Shown: positions 28,750 through 38,782 of the stretch, piece after piece
Layout of the letters: each line of letters begins with the position of its first letter
Numbering within the stretch: position 1 is the stretch's first letter
NCBI GenBank assembly: GCA_964657505.1
Contig: CAZZVO010000001.1
Location: 1-58,695 of the forward strand
Length of the DNA: 58,695 bases
Origin: an uncultured Mucilaginibacter sp.
Lineage (GTDB): Bacteria > Bacteroidota > Bacteroidia > Sphingobacteriales > Sphingobacteriaceae
Reading direction: 5' to 3'
Notes under the pieces: model-generated
The model's database searches: none
What the model was told of the DNA's origin: nothing
What the model saw: the letters and a program-made list of their open reading frames with translations, nothing else
Made by a program: the position numbers and the translations under genes

Positions 28750-30144
28750 ATGAGGTTAAAATTTGTACTCTCCTTTTTACTTTGCGGTTCTTTTTCTTTG
28801 GCTGCATCTGCCCAAAATTCTGATTCGATTTATTTAAGAAAAATTTATGATGAAGCGCTGGTTAACGGTCAGCCTTACCAAAACCTGCAATATTTATGCA
28901 AGCAAATTGGACCGCGTTTAAGCGGATCCGCAAATGCACAAAAAGCGGTTAACTGGACGAAGAAGTTGATGCAGCAATACGGTTTCGACCGCGTTTTTTT
29001 GCAGGAAGTGATGGTGCCGCATTGGATCCGTGGCGAAAAAGAGCAGGGAAAAATAGTATTGGGCAACCAGCAAATTTTAGTTTCAGTTGTGGCTTTAGGT
29101 GGTTCGGTAGCAACTGCAAAAGATGGTTTAAAAGCCGAAGTAATCGAATTGCAAAGCATAGCCGAATTGAAAACGCTTGGCGAAAAAGCTATAAAAGGCA
29201 AAATCGTGTTTTATAATCGTCCGTTTGATCCACGTTTTATTGAAACCGGGGCTGCTTACGGTGCAGCAAGTGATCAGCGTTTTCGTGGACCCGCAGAAGC
29301 AGCGAAATATGGCGCAGTTGGCGTAATCGTCCGTTCGATGACCGAGATTTTGGATGATTATCCGCACACCGGCGCAACAGCTTATGAAGAAGGCGGAAAT
29401 AAAATTCCGGCCGCAGCCATCTCCACCAAAGGCGCAAACTTATTAAGCGCGATTTTGAAACAGAACAAAGGCGTACAGTTTTACCTTAAACAAAGCTGCC
29501 AGACTTTGCCCGATGTGCTTTCTTACAATGTAGTCGGCGAAATGAAAGGAACCGAAAATCCCAACGAATTTATTACCGTTGGTGGGCATTTGGATTCCTG
29601 GGATTTGGCAGAAGGTGCGCACGACGACGGAACCGGCGTAATGCAATCGGTGGAAGTACTGCGGATTTTCAAAGCTTTAGGTTATCGGCCAAAACATTCC
29701 ATCCGCGCGGTAATGTTTATGAATGAGGAAAACGGACACAAAGGCGGTTTAAAATATGCCGAACTCGTCCAGAAAAATAACGAAAAACATATTGCTGCCA
29801 TTGAAACCGACGAAGGCGGATTTACGCCGCGCGGATTTTCATTCAGCGGCGTACAACCGGAAGTTTTAAAAGGAATGATCAAAAACTGGAAACCATTGCT
29901 GGAACCTTATGAAGTAGAGCGATTAACCAAAGGTGGGGCAGGAACAGATATTGAACCTTTAAAAGAAACCATGCCAGGTGTAACTTTGATTGGTTTCCGG
30001 CCGGATTCTCAACGTTATTTTGATTTACACCACACCGCGAAAGACGTTTTCGAGAACGTCAATAAGCGAGAATTGGAGTTGGGTGCCGCATCAATTGCTT
30101 CACTTATTTATCTGATTGATCAGCATGGCTTGATATTCAATTAA
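28750..30144 (+). CDS. M28 family peptidase (carboxypeptidase Q-like)
   Basis: GGHLDSWD, GAHDDGTG, NEENG, PA domain, signal peptide. Confidence 0.88.
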   Translation: MRLKFVLSFLLCGSFSLAASAQNSDSIYLRKIYDEALVNGQPYQNLQYLCKQIGPRLSGSANAQKAVNWTKKLMQQYGFDRVFLQEVMVPHWIRGEKEQGKIVLGNQQILVSVVALGGSVATAKDGLKAEVIELQSIAELKTLGEKAIKGKIVFYNRPFDPRFIETGAAYGAASDQRFRGPAEAAKYGAVGVIVRSMTEILDDYPHTGATAYEEGGNKIPAAAISTKGANLLSAILKQNKGVQFYLKQSCQTLPDVLSYNVVGEMKGTENPNEFITVGGHLDSWDLAEGAHDDGTGVMQSVEVLRIFKALGYRPKHSIRAVMFMNEENGHKGGLKYAELVQKNNEKHIAAIETDEGGFTPRGFSFSGVQPEVLKGMIKNWKPLLEPYEVERLTKGGAGTDIEPLKETMPGVTLIGFRPDSQRYFDLHHTAKDVFENVNKRELELGAASIASLIYLIDQHGLIFN

Positions 30145-30197
30145 AAAAAAAATCACGAAGCTATAATGCTTCTTTTACCACATAAAAATTAGTATCT

Positions 30198-31487
30198 GTG
30201 CCCGACGAAGACCCGAAACCGATAACCAAACCCGACCCATTTGCAGCACTCCGTTTCAAGGAGTTCCGTTCCTATTTAGCCATGCGTTTCTTCCTGACGT
30301 TCGCCTACCAAATGCAGGCGGTAATTGTTGGCTACTACATTTATCAGTTAACAAAAAGTGCATTAGCTTTAGGAATGATCGGTTTGGCAGAAGCCATTCC
30401 TTCCATCGGCATCGCTTTGTATGGCGGTTATGTAGCGGATAAATCAGAGAAAAAGCGTTTGCTGCTGATGATATTTTCGGTGATGTGGATTTGTTCCGGC
30501 ATCATGCTGCTGGTAACCTTGCCCGCCGCACACGGCTACCTAAGCACAACTCATATTGTAGCTATCATTTGCGCTATGATCTTTTTCATTGGTTTAGCAC
30601 GCGGCTTTTACGGTCCAACGGCTTTTTCTGTGATGACGAGGATCATCCCGCGCGAATTGTATCCAAATTCTTCTACCTGGAATAGTTCGGCTTATCAAAC
30701 GGCTTCTGTTTTGGGTCCGTTAGCCGGCGGTTTGATTTTTGATCATTTGGGTATTTCGGTCACCTTTTCTTTTGTCGTTGTTTTTATCACCACCGCAATT
30801 ATTGCTATTATCAGCTTAAACCGTCACGAGCCGGAATTTGTACCGAAAGAAAGTATTTATAAAAGTCTGTCCGAAGGCATCAGCTTCGTTTTTAGCAACC
30901 GGATGTTGGTTGGTGCTTTAAGTTTAGACCTGTTTTCCGTTTTCTTCGGCGGAGCAGTTGCTTTGCTGCCCATTTTTGCCAATGACATTTTAAAAGTCGG
31001 GGCCGAGGGTTTCGGATTGATGCGCGCCGCAGATTCTGTTGGTGCTGTTTTAACTATGCTGGCCATGACTCGACTTTCGCCAATGGGAAAACCTTGGCGG
31101 AATTTGTTGGTTGCAGTTACCGGTTTCGGTATTTCTATCATTTGCTTTGGTTTTTCAACGAACTTTTATCTGTCGCTCTTTTGCCTTTTTATGTTAGGTG
31201 CTTTTGATAGTGTAAGCGTTTTAATTCGTTCTACGATTATGCAATTGCTTACGCCCGATCAAATGCGCGGACGGGTTTCGGCTGTAAATTCTATGTTTAT
31301 CGGTTCTTCTAATGAGATCGGTGCTTTCGAATCCGGCGTTACTGCACGTTTGATGGGAACTGTAACTTCTGTAATTTTTGGCGGATCAATGACGCTGGTT
31401 GTAGTGTTGACTACCTATTTTAAAACAAAAAAGTTAATCCCAATGAAGTTGAGTGAAATTAACGCACCGGAAGTAGTGAAAGCTTAA
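30198..31487 (+). CDS. MFS transporter
   Basis: About 12 TM helices, GGYVADK, QLLTPDQMRGRV. Confidence 0.88.
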   Translation: MPDEDPKPITKPDPFAALRFKEFRSYLAMRFFLTFAYQMQAVIVGYYIYQLTKSALALGMIGLAEAIPSIGIALYGGYVADKSEKKRLLLMIFSVMWICSGIMLLVTLPAAHGYLSTTHIVAIICAMIFFIGLARGFYGPTAFSVMTRIIPRELYPNSSTWNSSAYQTASVLGPLAGGLIFDHLGISVTFSFVVVFITTAIIAIISLNRHEPEFVPKESIYKSLSEGISFVFSNRMLVGALSLDLFSVFFGGAVALLPIFANDILKVGAEGFGLMRAADSVGAVLTMLAMTRLSPMGKPWRNLLVAVTGFGISIICFGFSTNFYLSLFCLFMLGAFDSVSVLIRSTIMQLLTPDQMRGRVSAVNSMFIGSSNEIGAFESGVTARLMGTVTSVIFGGSMTLVVVLTTYFKTKKLIPMKLSEINAPEVVKA

Positions 31488-31491
31488 CGAG

Positions 31492-31590
31492 TTTGTCATC
31501 CCGAACTTGTTTCAGGATCCCTCATTTATAATTATAGTTGTAAAAGAAGCATTAGCAGGAGAGATGCCGAAACAAGTTCGGCATGACAAA
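31492..31590. repeat. REP-like palindromic element between convergent genes
   Basis: TTTGTCATCCCGAACTTGTTTC...GAAACAAGTTCGGCATGACAAA arms; the loop contains GTAAAAGAAGCAT. Confidence 0.85.
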
Positions 31591-31592
31591 AA

Positions 31593-33347
31593 CTAAACCT
31601 CTGTTTCTGTTCTTTCCCCGATTTGCTGGCGCCACATGGCATAATATAAACCTTTTAAATCAAGCAATTCGGTGTGTTTGCCCGATTCGATGATTCGGCC
31701 TTTTTCTAAAACATAAATCCGATCAGCATGTAAAATGGTGGATAAACGGTGCGCAATTAAAATCGTGATGTGGTTTTGCAGATCAGAAACATCACGGATC
31801 GTTTTCGAAATTTCTTCTTCCGTAATCGAATCCAAAGAAGAAGTTGCTTCATCAAAAACCAATAAATCCGGTTTCCGCAGCAAAGCCCTTGCAATGGATA
31901 AACGCTGTTTTTCTCCGCCCGAAACTTTTACGCCACCTTCGCCAATTACGGTATCTAAACCATGTTCGGCACGGGCGAGTAAGTTGTAGCAAGCTGCCTT
32001 TCGCAATACGCTCAAACATTCTTCGTCGGTTGCATTTGGCTGGACGAAAAGCAGGTTTTCACGGATCGTTCCCGAAAAAAGCTGTGTATCCTGGGTTACA
32101 AACCCTATTTTCTCGCGTAGCTGGTCTAAATCAATTTCCGAACTACTGATGTTGTTGTATAGCACTTTTCCATCTAATGGTTGATATAAACCCACCAACA
32201 TTTTCACCAAAGTTGTTTTCCCGGAACCGGAAGGACCGACAAAAGCAATAGTTTCCCCTTTTTCAACACTAAAATCAATATTGGTAATGGCATTTCGGTT
32301 GCCGGTTAAATGGCGGAAACTAACTTGGTTGAAAGTTAACGTATTTATTTTTGGCAGATGGATTGGATGTGCCGGTTTTACATCAATGTCTGTATTAAGG
32401 ATTTGCTTAAAATTACCTAAAGAAACTTCTGCTTCACGCCAGGACAGAATTACATTTCCTAATTCCTGCAATGGATTGAACAGAAAAAACGAGTAGAACA
32501 GAAAGGAAAAATACTGGCCCGGAGAAATGGTTTTCTCAAAAATTAAGACCAGCAAAACAACTACCATGGTACTACGCACAAAATTTACGGTTGTGCCTTG
32601 CGCAAAGCTCATGCTGCGCACATATTTTACTTTTTTAAGTTCGAGTTCCAGGATTTGATAGGTTGTTTTGTTTAAACGTTTGATTTCCTGTCCGGCTAAA
32701 CCTAAACTTTTAATCAGTTCAATGTTCCGCAAAGATTCTGTTGTAGAACCAGCCAATGTTGTTGTTTGCGTAACTATTTTCTTTTGGATTGTTTTTATTT
32801 TCCGGCTTAAAAACATACTTACAAAAGTAATAACGGGAATAGCTGCAAAATAAACCAGCGTAACTTTATAACTTACGGTAACAGAATAAACAGTTACAAA
32901 AATCATCCCGATTAAACTCACAAATAAAACACTGATAAAAGCAGTAATAAACTTTTCGGTATCTAAACGTACCTTTTGCAAAATGCCTAATGTTTCTCCG
33001 CTGCGCTGATCTTCAAAAACCTGATAAGGCAGTTTTAAGGAATGCTCCAAACCATCAGCATACATTTTGGCACCAACTTTTTGGGTAATGATATTGGTAT
33101 AATAATCCTGAAAGTTTTTAGCAATCCGGGATACCATGGCTGCACCAATAGCTAAACCAACCCATCCTAATACACCAAAAACAAAATCATGGCGCGATAA
33201 TACATCCCTTTTTTCAATAAAACGATCTACAATGTGACCGGTTATGTAAGGGTCGAGCAAAGAAAACCCAATATTTAGTGCCGCAAGTAACAAGGCCAGC
33301 AGTACAAAACCGCGGTAATCTTTTAAATAAGTAAGCAGTAACTTCAT
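31593..33347 (-). CDS. ABC transporter ATP-binding/permease protein
   Basis: GPSGSGKTT, VSGGEKQR, FDEATSSLD. Confidence 0.9.
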   Translation of the reverse strand: MKLLLTYLKDYRGFVLLALLLAALNIGFSLLDPYITGHIVDRFIEKRDVLSRHDFVFGVLGWVGLAIGAAMVSRIAKNFQDYYTNIITQKVGAKMYADGLEHSLKLPYQVFEDQRSGETLGILQKVRLDTEKFITAFISVLFVSLIGMIFVTVYSVTVSYKVTLVYFAAIPVITFVSMFLSRKIKTIQKKIVTQTTTLAGSTTESLRNIELIKSLGLAGQEIKRLNKTTYQILELELKKVKYVRSMSFAQGTTVNFVRSTMVVVLLVLIFEKTISPGQYFSFLFYSFFLFNPLQELGNVILSWREAEVSLGNFKQILNTDIDVKPAHPIHLPKINTLTFNQVSFRHLTGNRNAITNIDFSVEKGETIAFVGPSGSGKTTLVKMLVGLYQPLDGKVLYNNISSSEIDLDQLREKIGFVTQDTQLFSGTIRENLLFVQPNATDEECLSVLRKAACYNLLARAEHGLDTVIGEGGVKVSGGEKQRLSIARALLRKPDLLVFDEATSSLDSITEEEISKTIRDVSDLQNHITILIAHRLSTILHADRIYVLEKGRIIESGKHTELLDLKGLYYAMWRQQIGERTETEV

Positions 33348-33361
33348 AGTAATTTATAAAT

Positions 33362-33397
33362 AAAAAGAGGGAATACCGAAACGGATTATTCCCTCTT
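33362..33397 (-). terminator. Terminator after frr
   Basis: AAGAGGGAATA...TATTCCCTCTT hairpin with an A-run on the plus strand (U-tail on minus). Confidence 0.75.
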
Positions 33398-33420
33398 AAC
33401 ACTAATTTAAACAAAATTAT

Positions 33421-33984
33421 TTAAACCGTCATCACATCTTTTTCTTTTAAGCTGGCTAACTGGTCAACTTTTAAAATGTAGCTGTCAGTTAATTTTTGCA
33501 CTTCGCCTTCGCCAACTTTAATTTCATCTTCGGATACACCTTCTGTTTTCAATTTCTTGATCTTTTCGTTGGCATCTTTGCGCAGATTACGGATTGTTAT
33601 TTTGCCAGATTCTGCTTCGGCATTTACTCTTTTTACGAGGTCTTTCCGGCGTTCTTCTGTTAAAGGCGGCACATTAATGCGAATAATTTGTCCGTCGTTT
33701 TGTGGGTTTAAGCTGAGGTTCGATTCGATAATGGCTTTTTCAATCGGCCCTAACATCGATTTTTCCCAAGGCTGAATAACCAAAGTACGCGCATCAGGCG
33801 AATTAACCGTTCCAACTTGCGCTAAAGGTGTTGCCGTTCCGTAATAATCTACATAAACGCCATCCAACATCGCTGGCGAAGCTTTTCCCGCCCTGATCTT
33901 ATTCATTTCGCTATCGAGAAAGTCAATAGCTTTATCCATGTGGGCTTTGGTATCCGTTAACTGTTTCTTAATGAGTTCGCTCAT
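33421..33984 (-). CDS. frr: Ribosome recycling factor
   Basis: KIRAGKA, VDYYG..TPL, PPLTEERR; ATG at 33984 preferred over the TTG at 34005. Confidence 0.96.
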   Translation of the reverse strand: MSELIKKQLTDTKAHMDKAIDFLDSEMNKIRAGKASPAMLDGVYVDYYGTATPLAQVGTVNSPDARTLVIQPWEKSMLGPIEKAIIESNLSLNPQNDGQIIRINVPPLTEERRKDLVKRVNAEAESGKITIRNLRKDANEKIKKLKTEGVSEDEIKVGEGEVQKLTDSYILKVDQLASLKEKDVMTV

Positions 33985-34061
33985 CTCTTCATTTGGTTTT
34001 TGCAAAAGTAAAAATCCTGTTCCAAAATATTAATGCTGATGCTGTTTTTATCCACCTAAAA

Positions 34062-34766
34062 TTAGTGTACCAAAGTTCCGATCGCTTCGCCTTCGGCAAT
34101 TTTACGGAAGTTTCCGGCTTTGTTCATATCAAAAACAATGATAGGCAGCTTGTTCTCCTGGCATAAGGTAATGGCGGTCATGTCCATCACGTTCAAACCT
34201 TTATCATAAACTTCCTGAAACGATATTTCATCGTAACGAACCGCGTTTAGATCTTTCTCCGGATCGGCAGAATAAATTCCATCAACACGGGTTCCTTTTA
34301 AAACCACATCGGCTTTAATTTCGATGGCACGTAAAGAAGCAGCCGTATCAGTTGTAAAATATGGATTTCCTGTTCCTGCGCCGAAAATCACCACGCGGCC
34401 GGTTTCTAAATGCGTCATCGCACGGCGACGGATGTAGGGTTCACAAATTTGTTCCATTTTTATGGCTGATTGCAAACGTGTTTCAATCCCGATTCCTTCC
34501 AGCGCACTTTGCAGTGCCATGCAATTGATAACCGTTGCTAACATACCCATATAATCTGCTTGTGCGCGTTCCATGCCCGATTTTTCGGCGCTTAATCCGC
34601 GGAAAATATTTCCTCCACCCACCACAACCGCTATCTCAATTCCCGAATGAAACACACTTTTTATATCCTCTGCATACTGTAAAACACGTTTGTTATCGAT
34701 GCCGTACTGGCGGTCGCCCATTAACGATTCGCCGCTTAGTTTCAGGAGGATTCTTTTGTATTTCAT
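34062..34766 (-). CDS. pyrH: UMP kinase
   Basis: [29 protein letters not shown]. Confidence 0.97.
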   Translation of the reverse strand: MKYKRILLKLSGESLMGDRQYGIDNKRVLQYAEDIKSVFHSGIEIAVVVGGGNIFRGLSAEKSGMERAQADYMGMLATVINCMALQSALEGIGIETRLQSAIKMEQICEPYIRRRAMTHLETGRVVIFGAGTGNPYFTTDTAASLRAIEIKADVVLKGTRVDGIYSADPEKDLNAVRYDEISFQEVYDKGLNVMDMTAITLCQENKLPIIVFDMNKAGNFRKIAEGEAIGTLVH

Positions 34767-34784
34767 AGGTTGATTGAATATAAA

Positions 34785-35918
34785 TTAGGATTTGGGTTGA
34801 AGATTATTTACTAAAATTTGTCCGTTAAAAAAAGTATGCAAGTGTTCGAAATCAGCATTAAACACTATGAAATCAGCCTTGCAACCTTTTTTAACCTGGC
34901 CTTTTGTTTCGTCTTTTAATAACTGCGCCGGATAAAGCGAAGCCATGTTGATCGCCTCAGCCAAAGGAATATCAGCAAACTGAACGCAATTTTGCACGCC
35001 TTTTAACATCGTTAATGCTGAACCAGACAAAGTTCCATCCGGCATTACGTAATGGTTTTGGTTGAATTGATGCTGATAAATACCTTCTTTGGTTTCAGTA
35101 ACAGCATCTGTAATAATAAAAAGCTTTTCACCAAGTTCCCGTTTCGCTAAACGAATCATCGGATAAGAAACATGGATTCCATCAGGGACGATACTCGTGT
35201 AAGGTTTTTGCTCAAAAATAGCGGGAATAAAACCAGGTTCGCGGTGGTGCATTTGCGGCATGGCATTGTATAAATGCGTAACCGCTTTTACGGAATTTCT
35301 GAGGAAATGATTTGCCTGGCTAAACGAAGCATTGCTGTGACCGGCAGAGAGAATGATGTTTTGCTGCGCGAGAAAATCCAAAACGTCATCATCCTGCAAT
35401 TCGGGTGCAATCGTCATCATTTTGATTTCACCTTCGGCAGTATCAAACCAATGTTTCAATTCTGCTACCGAAGCTTTTCGGATCAATTCTTCCGGATGTG
35501 CACCTTTTCGTTTTGGGTTGAGAAATGGTCCTTCCAAATGCAAACCCAAAAAATTGCCGATGCTGTTTTTACGGTATGTTTTTGCGGCTTCAATTCCTTG
35601 CTTAACAATTGCGGCTGTGTTGGTTGCAATGGCTGCAAAAAAACCGGTTGTGCCTTGCTGCAGCAAATCGGTTTCCATCTGCTGCAAAGCAGCCGGACTT
35701 GGGTTTCCGCCGAATAATTGTCCGCCACTACCATAAATTTGCAAGTCGATTAAACCGGGAGCGAGGTAAGCACCTTGCAGATCTATACTGTTTTTATCGG
35801 CAAAAAAAATGTCTTGGTCGATAACGTCCAGAACAAAACCATTTTCAACCAAAACTACTTTGCCTTCGGAAATTGTTCCGTTAGTTACCAGTTTTAAGTT
35901 ATAAAAGGAGGTGATCAT
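34785..35918 (-). CDS. nagA: N-acetylglucosamine-6-phosphate deacetylase
   Basis: PGLIDLQIYG, GLHLEGPF, THLYNAM, DGIHV, GTLSGS. Confidence 0.9.
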   Translation of the reverse strand: MITSFYNLKLVTNGTISEGKVVLVENGFVLDVIDQDIFFADKNSIDLQGAYLAPGLIDLQIYGSGGQLFGGNPSPAALQQMETDLLQQGTTGFFAAIATNTAAIVKQGIEAAKTYRKNSIGNFLGLHLEGPFLNPKRKGAHPEELIRKASVAELKHWFDTAEGEIKMMTIAPELQDDDVLDFLAQQNIILSAGHSNASFSQANHFLRNSVKAVTHLYNAMPQMHHREPGFIPAIFEQKPYTSIVPDGIHVSYPMIRLAKRELGEKLFIITDAVTETKEGIYQHQFNQNHYVMPDGTLSGSALTMLKGVQNCVQFADIPLAEAINMASLYPAQLLKDETKGQVKKGCKADFIVFNADFEHLHTFFNGQILVNNLQPKS

Positions 35919-35941
35919 TTTTTAACCGATAAAAAAAGCAC

Positions 35942-35973
35942 AAAAAAAATCCCCGCTGGTTTAGCGGGGATTT
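35942..35973 (-). terminator. Terminator after tsf
   Basis: AAATCCCCGCT-ggttt-AGCGGGGATTT with an A8 run. Confidence 0.88.
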
Positions 35974-35981
35974 GAAATATT

Positions 35982-36833
35982 TTACGAGCCTAAAGCAACT
36001 CTTTTAAAAGCAGTTACCGTGAGACCTTTTTCGACAGTATTTAAAAACTGTGAAACCGTTTTGGAAGAATCTTTCACAAACTCCTGATTCAATAAAGTAG
36101 AATCTTTATAGAACTTGTTTAGTTTTCCCTGAGAGATTTTCTCAACCATTTCTTCCGGTTTTCCTTCGGCACGGATTTGTTCTTTCGCAATTTCCAACTC
36201 ACGCTGGATAGTTGAAGCATCAACATCGCCTTTATCAATTGCAACCGGGTTCATGGCTGCAATTTGCATGGCTACGTCTTTACCAGCTTCGTCAACGCCT
36301 TCGGCCACGATATTTAAAGCAACCAAAACACCTAAACGATAATTTCCGTGGATGTAAGGCACAACACGCGCACCTTCTAAAACTTCATATTTAGAAATAC
36401 TGATGCGCTCGCCAATTTTACCAGTTTGGTCTAAAATAGCATCGGCAATAGTTAAACGGTCGTTATCCACATCAACACCTAAAGCTACCAGTTCGTCAAT
36501 GCTCTTTGGCCTTTCATCTACTGCACGGTTGGCAATATCATTTGCAAAAGCAATAAAAGCGGCATTTTTAGCTACAAAATCTGTTTCGCAATTTACTTCA
36601 ATTAAAACACCGCGCGTGCTATCATTATTGGTTCGTGCGATAACAACACCTTCGTTTGATTCGCGGTCCTGGCGACTTGCAGCAACTTTAGCACCTTTTT
36701 TTCTTAAAAAATCGATAGCAGCTTCAAAATCACCATTGGTTTCAGTCAGTGCTTTTTTACAATCCATCATTCCGGCTCCGGTTTGCTGGCGTAATTTATT
36801 TACATCTGATGCAGAAATTTGTACTGTTGACAT
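35982..36833 (-). CDS. tsf: Elongation factor Ts
   Basis: LRQQTGAGMMDCKKAL, EVNCETDFVA. Confidence 0.98.
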   Translation of the reverse strand: MSTVQISASDVNKLRQQTGAGMMDCKKALTETNGDFEAAIDFLRKKGAKVAASRQDRESNEGVVIARTNNDSTRGVLIEVNCETDFVAKNAAFIAFANDIANRAVDERPKSIDELVALGVDVDNDRLTIADAILDQTGKIGERISISKYEVLEGARVVPYIHGNYRLGVLVALNIVAEGVDEAGKDVAMQIAAMNPVAIDKGDVDASTIQRELEIAKEQIRAEGKPEEMVEKISQGKLNKFYKDSTLLNQEFVKDSSKTVSQFLNTVEKGLTVTAFKRVALGS

Positions 36834-36916
36834 TTTCTTTTTTATTTAATAAGATTGAACATTTATCGCTTTCTACAGCTTAAAATCCTCAACCTAAAAA
36901 CTTTAATATTTTATGA

Positions 36917-37780
36917 TTAAGCAGCTCCGTGCCCTTCAGTTCCAGAACTGTCGATTACATTAGCAGGAGCTTCAGTTTCGGCAGTGGCTCTTCTGCGACG
37001 TGTACCTTCAACAACTGCTGCATCTGGTTGAGGCTGATCAGCTTTTGCTTTTGCAGCAGCAGCTTCTTTTTCCGCTTCGTCTTCTTTATCGCGTTTGCGT
37101 TCATCTAAACCTTCTTCAATTGCTTTGGTAATGATACCGCAGATTAAAGAGATCGATTTAGTTGCATCATCATTTGCCGGAATCGGGAAATCAATGTTAG
37201 ACGGATCAGAATTGGTATCCACCATTGCAAACGTTGGGATATTCAGTTTTAATGCTTCAGAAACAGCAATATGTTCTTTCTTCACGTCAACCAAAAATAA
37301 CGCAGCCGGTAAACGGTTTAAATCAGCAATTCCACCTAAAAGTGATTCTAATTTGATACGTTCTCGTTGGATCATCAACCTTTCTTTTTTTGAAAGAATG
37401 CTGTAAGTTCCATCTTTAGTCATCTTATCGATGTTAGACATCTTTTTGATCGACTTACGCACGGTTGCAAAGTTGGTTAACATACCACCTAACCAACGTT
37501 CGGTTACGAAAGGCATATTTACAGATTTTGCAAAATCGGCAACTAAATCTTTCCCTTGCTTTTTAGTAGCAACGAATAATACTTTACGGCCAGATTTCAC
37601 AATTTGTTTGATGGCCGCCGCAGCGTCATCAACTTTGCTTAATGTTTTATTTAAATCGATAATGTGGATACCGTTGCGCTCCATAAAAATATATTGCGCC
37701 ATTTTCGGGTCCCATTTACGGGTAAGGTGACCAAAATGTACACCTGAATCCAGTAATTCCTGATATGTTGTTCTTGCCAT
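36917..37780 (-). CDS. rpsB: 30S ribosomal protein S2
   Basis: GVHFGH, RWLGGMLTN, DTNSDP, IPANDD. Confidence 0.98.
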   Translation of the reverse strand: MARTTYQELLDSGVHFGHLTRKWDPKMAQYIFMERNGIHIIDLNKTLSKVDDAAAAIKQIVKSGRKVLFVATKKQGKDLVADFAKSVNMPFVTERWLGGMLTNFATVRKSIKKMSNIDKMTKDGTYSILSKKERLMIQRERIKLESLLGGIADLNRLPAALFLVDVKKEHIAVSEALKLNIPTFAMVDTNSDPSNIDFPIPANDDATKSISLICGIITKAIEEGLDERKRDKEDEAEKEAAAAKAKADQPQPDAAVVEGTRRRRATAETEAPANVIDSSGTEGHGAA

Positions 37781-37801
37781 TGTTTGTGTCCTCCTAAAAA
37801 A

Positions 37802-38188
37802 TTAACGTTTACTGAATTGGAATTTACGACGTGCTTTCTTGCGGCCTGGTTTTTTACGCTCCACCATACGTGGGTCACGCGTCATTAAGCCTTTTGCGCT
37901 TAATGCAGGTTTCTTTTCAGCATCTAATTCTACAATTGCTTTGGCAATAGCTAAACGAACGGCACCAGCCTGTCCGGTTACGCCACCACCTGCAACGTTA
38001 ACTTTCACATCAAATTTTCCGGCAGAACCAGAAACTTCTAATGATTGGGTAACCATGTACTGCAACGGTAATGTTGGGAAATACTCTTTGTAATCTTTGC
38101 CATTAACGATGATGGCACCGCTGCCTTCTTGCAAATAAATGCGGGCAACTGCAGTTTTTCTCCTGCCGGATGTGTTGGTAATTGACAT
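37802..38188 (-). CDS. rpsI: 30S ribosomal protein S9
   Basis: GRRKTAVAR, GGGVTGQA, RDPRMVERKKPG...QFSKR. Confidence 0.98.
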   Translation of the reverse strand: MSITNTSGRRKTAVARIYLQEGSGAIIVNGKDYKEYFPTLPLQYMVTQSLEVSGSAGKFDVKVNVAGGGVTGQAGAVRLAIAKAIVELDAEKKPALSAKGLMTRDPRMVERKKPGRKKARRKFQFSKR

Positions 38189-38207
38189 TCTTTTTCTCCT
38201 TTAAAAA

Positions 38208-38651
38208 TTAAAGTGTAATGGCTTTAGGGGTTTGTGCTTCGTGCGGATGCTCGGCGCCTGCATAAACATGCAGGTTGCCAAATAAGGCTTTGCCCAAACG
38301 TGTTTTAGGTAACATACCACGCACGGCTTTTTCTACCACGCGTGTTGGATGTTTTGCCATTAACTCCTTAGGAGAAATGAATTTCTGACCGCCCGGATAA
38401 CCGGTGTAAGAAACATATTCTTTTTCGCTGAATTTGTTTCCGGTCAGTTTTACCTTGTCTGCATTGATAACAATTACATTATCCCCACAGTCTACGTTTG
38501 GGGTGAATCCTGGCTTGTGTTTTCCTCTGATGATCATTGCGATCTTAGAAGACAAGCGCCCCAAAATCTCGCCTTGCGCATCAACAACAACCCACTCTTT
38601 GCTGACGGTTTTTTTATTGGCAGAGACAGTTTTGTAACTTAACGTATTCAC
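38208..38651 (-). CDS. rplM: 50S ribosomal protein L13 (GTG start)
   Basis: WVVVDA...LGRL, GKHKP.FTP.VDCGD, VRGMLPK. Confidence 0.98.
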   Translation of the reverse strand: MNTLSYKTVSANKKTVSKEWVVVDAQGEILGRLSSKIAMIIRGKHKPGFTPNVDCGDNVIVINADKVKLTGNKFSEKEYVSYTGYPGGQKFISPKELMAKHPTRVVEKAVRGMLPKTRLGKALFGNLHVYAGAEHPHEAQTPKAITL

Positions 38652-38706
38652 TTGCTTTGTATTAAATTAATTAAACAGTTTGTTTTTCCCGTAATTTTCG
38701 GGACTG

Positions 38707-38714
38707 CAAAGATA
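38707..38714 (-). promoter_or_regulatory. Bacteroidota -7 promoter box for the rplM operon
   Basis: TATCTTTG on the minus strand matches TAnnTTTG. Confidence 0.7.
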
Positions 38715-38782
38715 CTGGAAAATGTTTTATTACAAAGGGTTGTGTATAAAATTTTCTGGTGGTAAAAGAAGTATTGGTACTT

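Noticed and set aside
38652-38703. L13 leader RNA upstream of rplM
   Set aside because: Only a 5-bp hairpin (TCCCG/CGGGA, 38687-38703) is visible; it cannot be supported without a covariance-model search.
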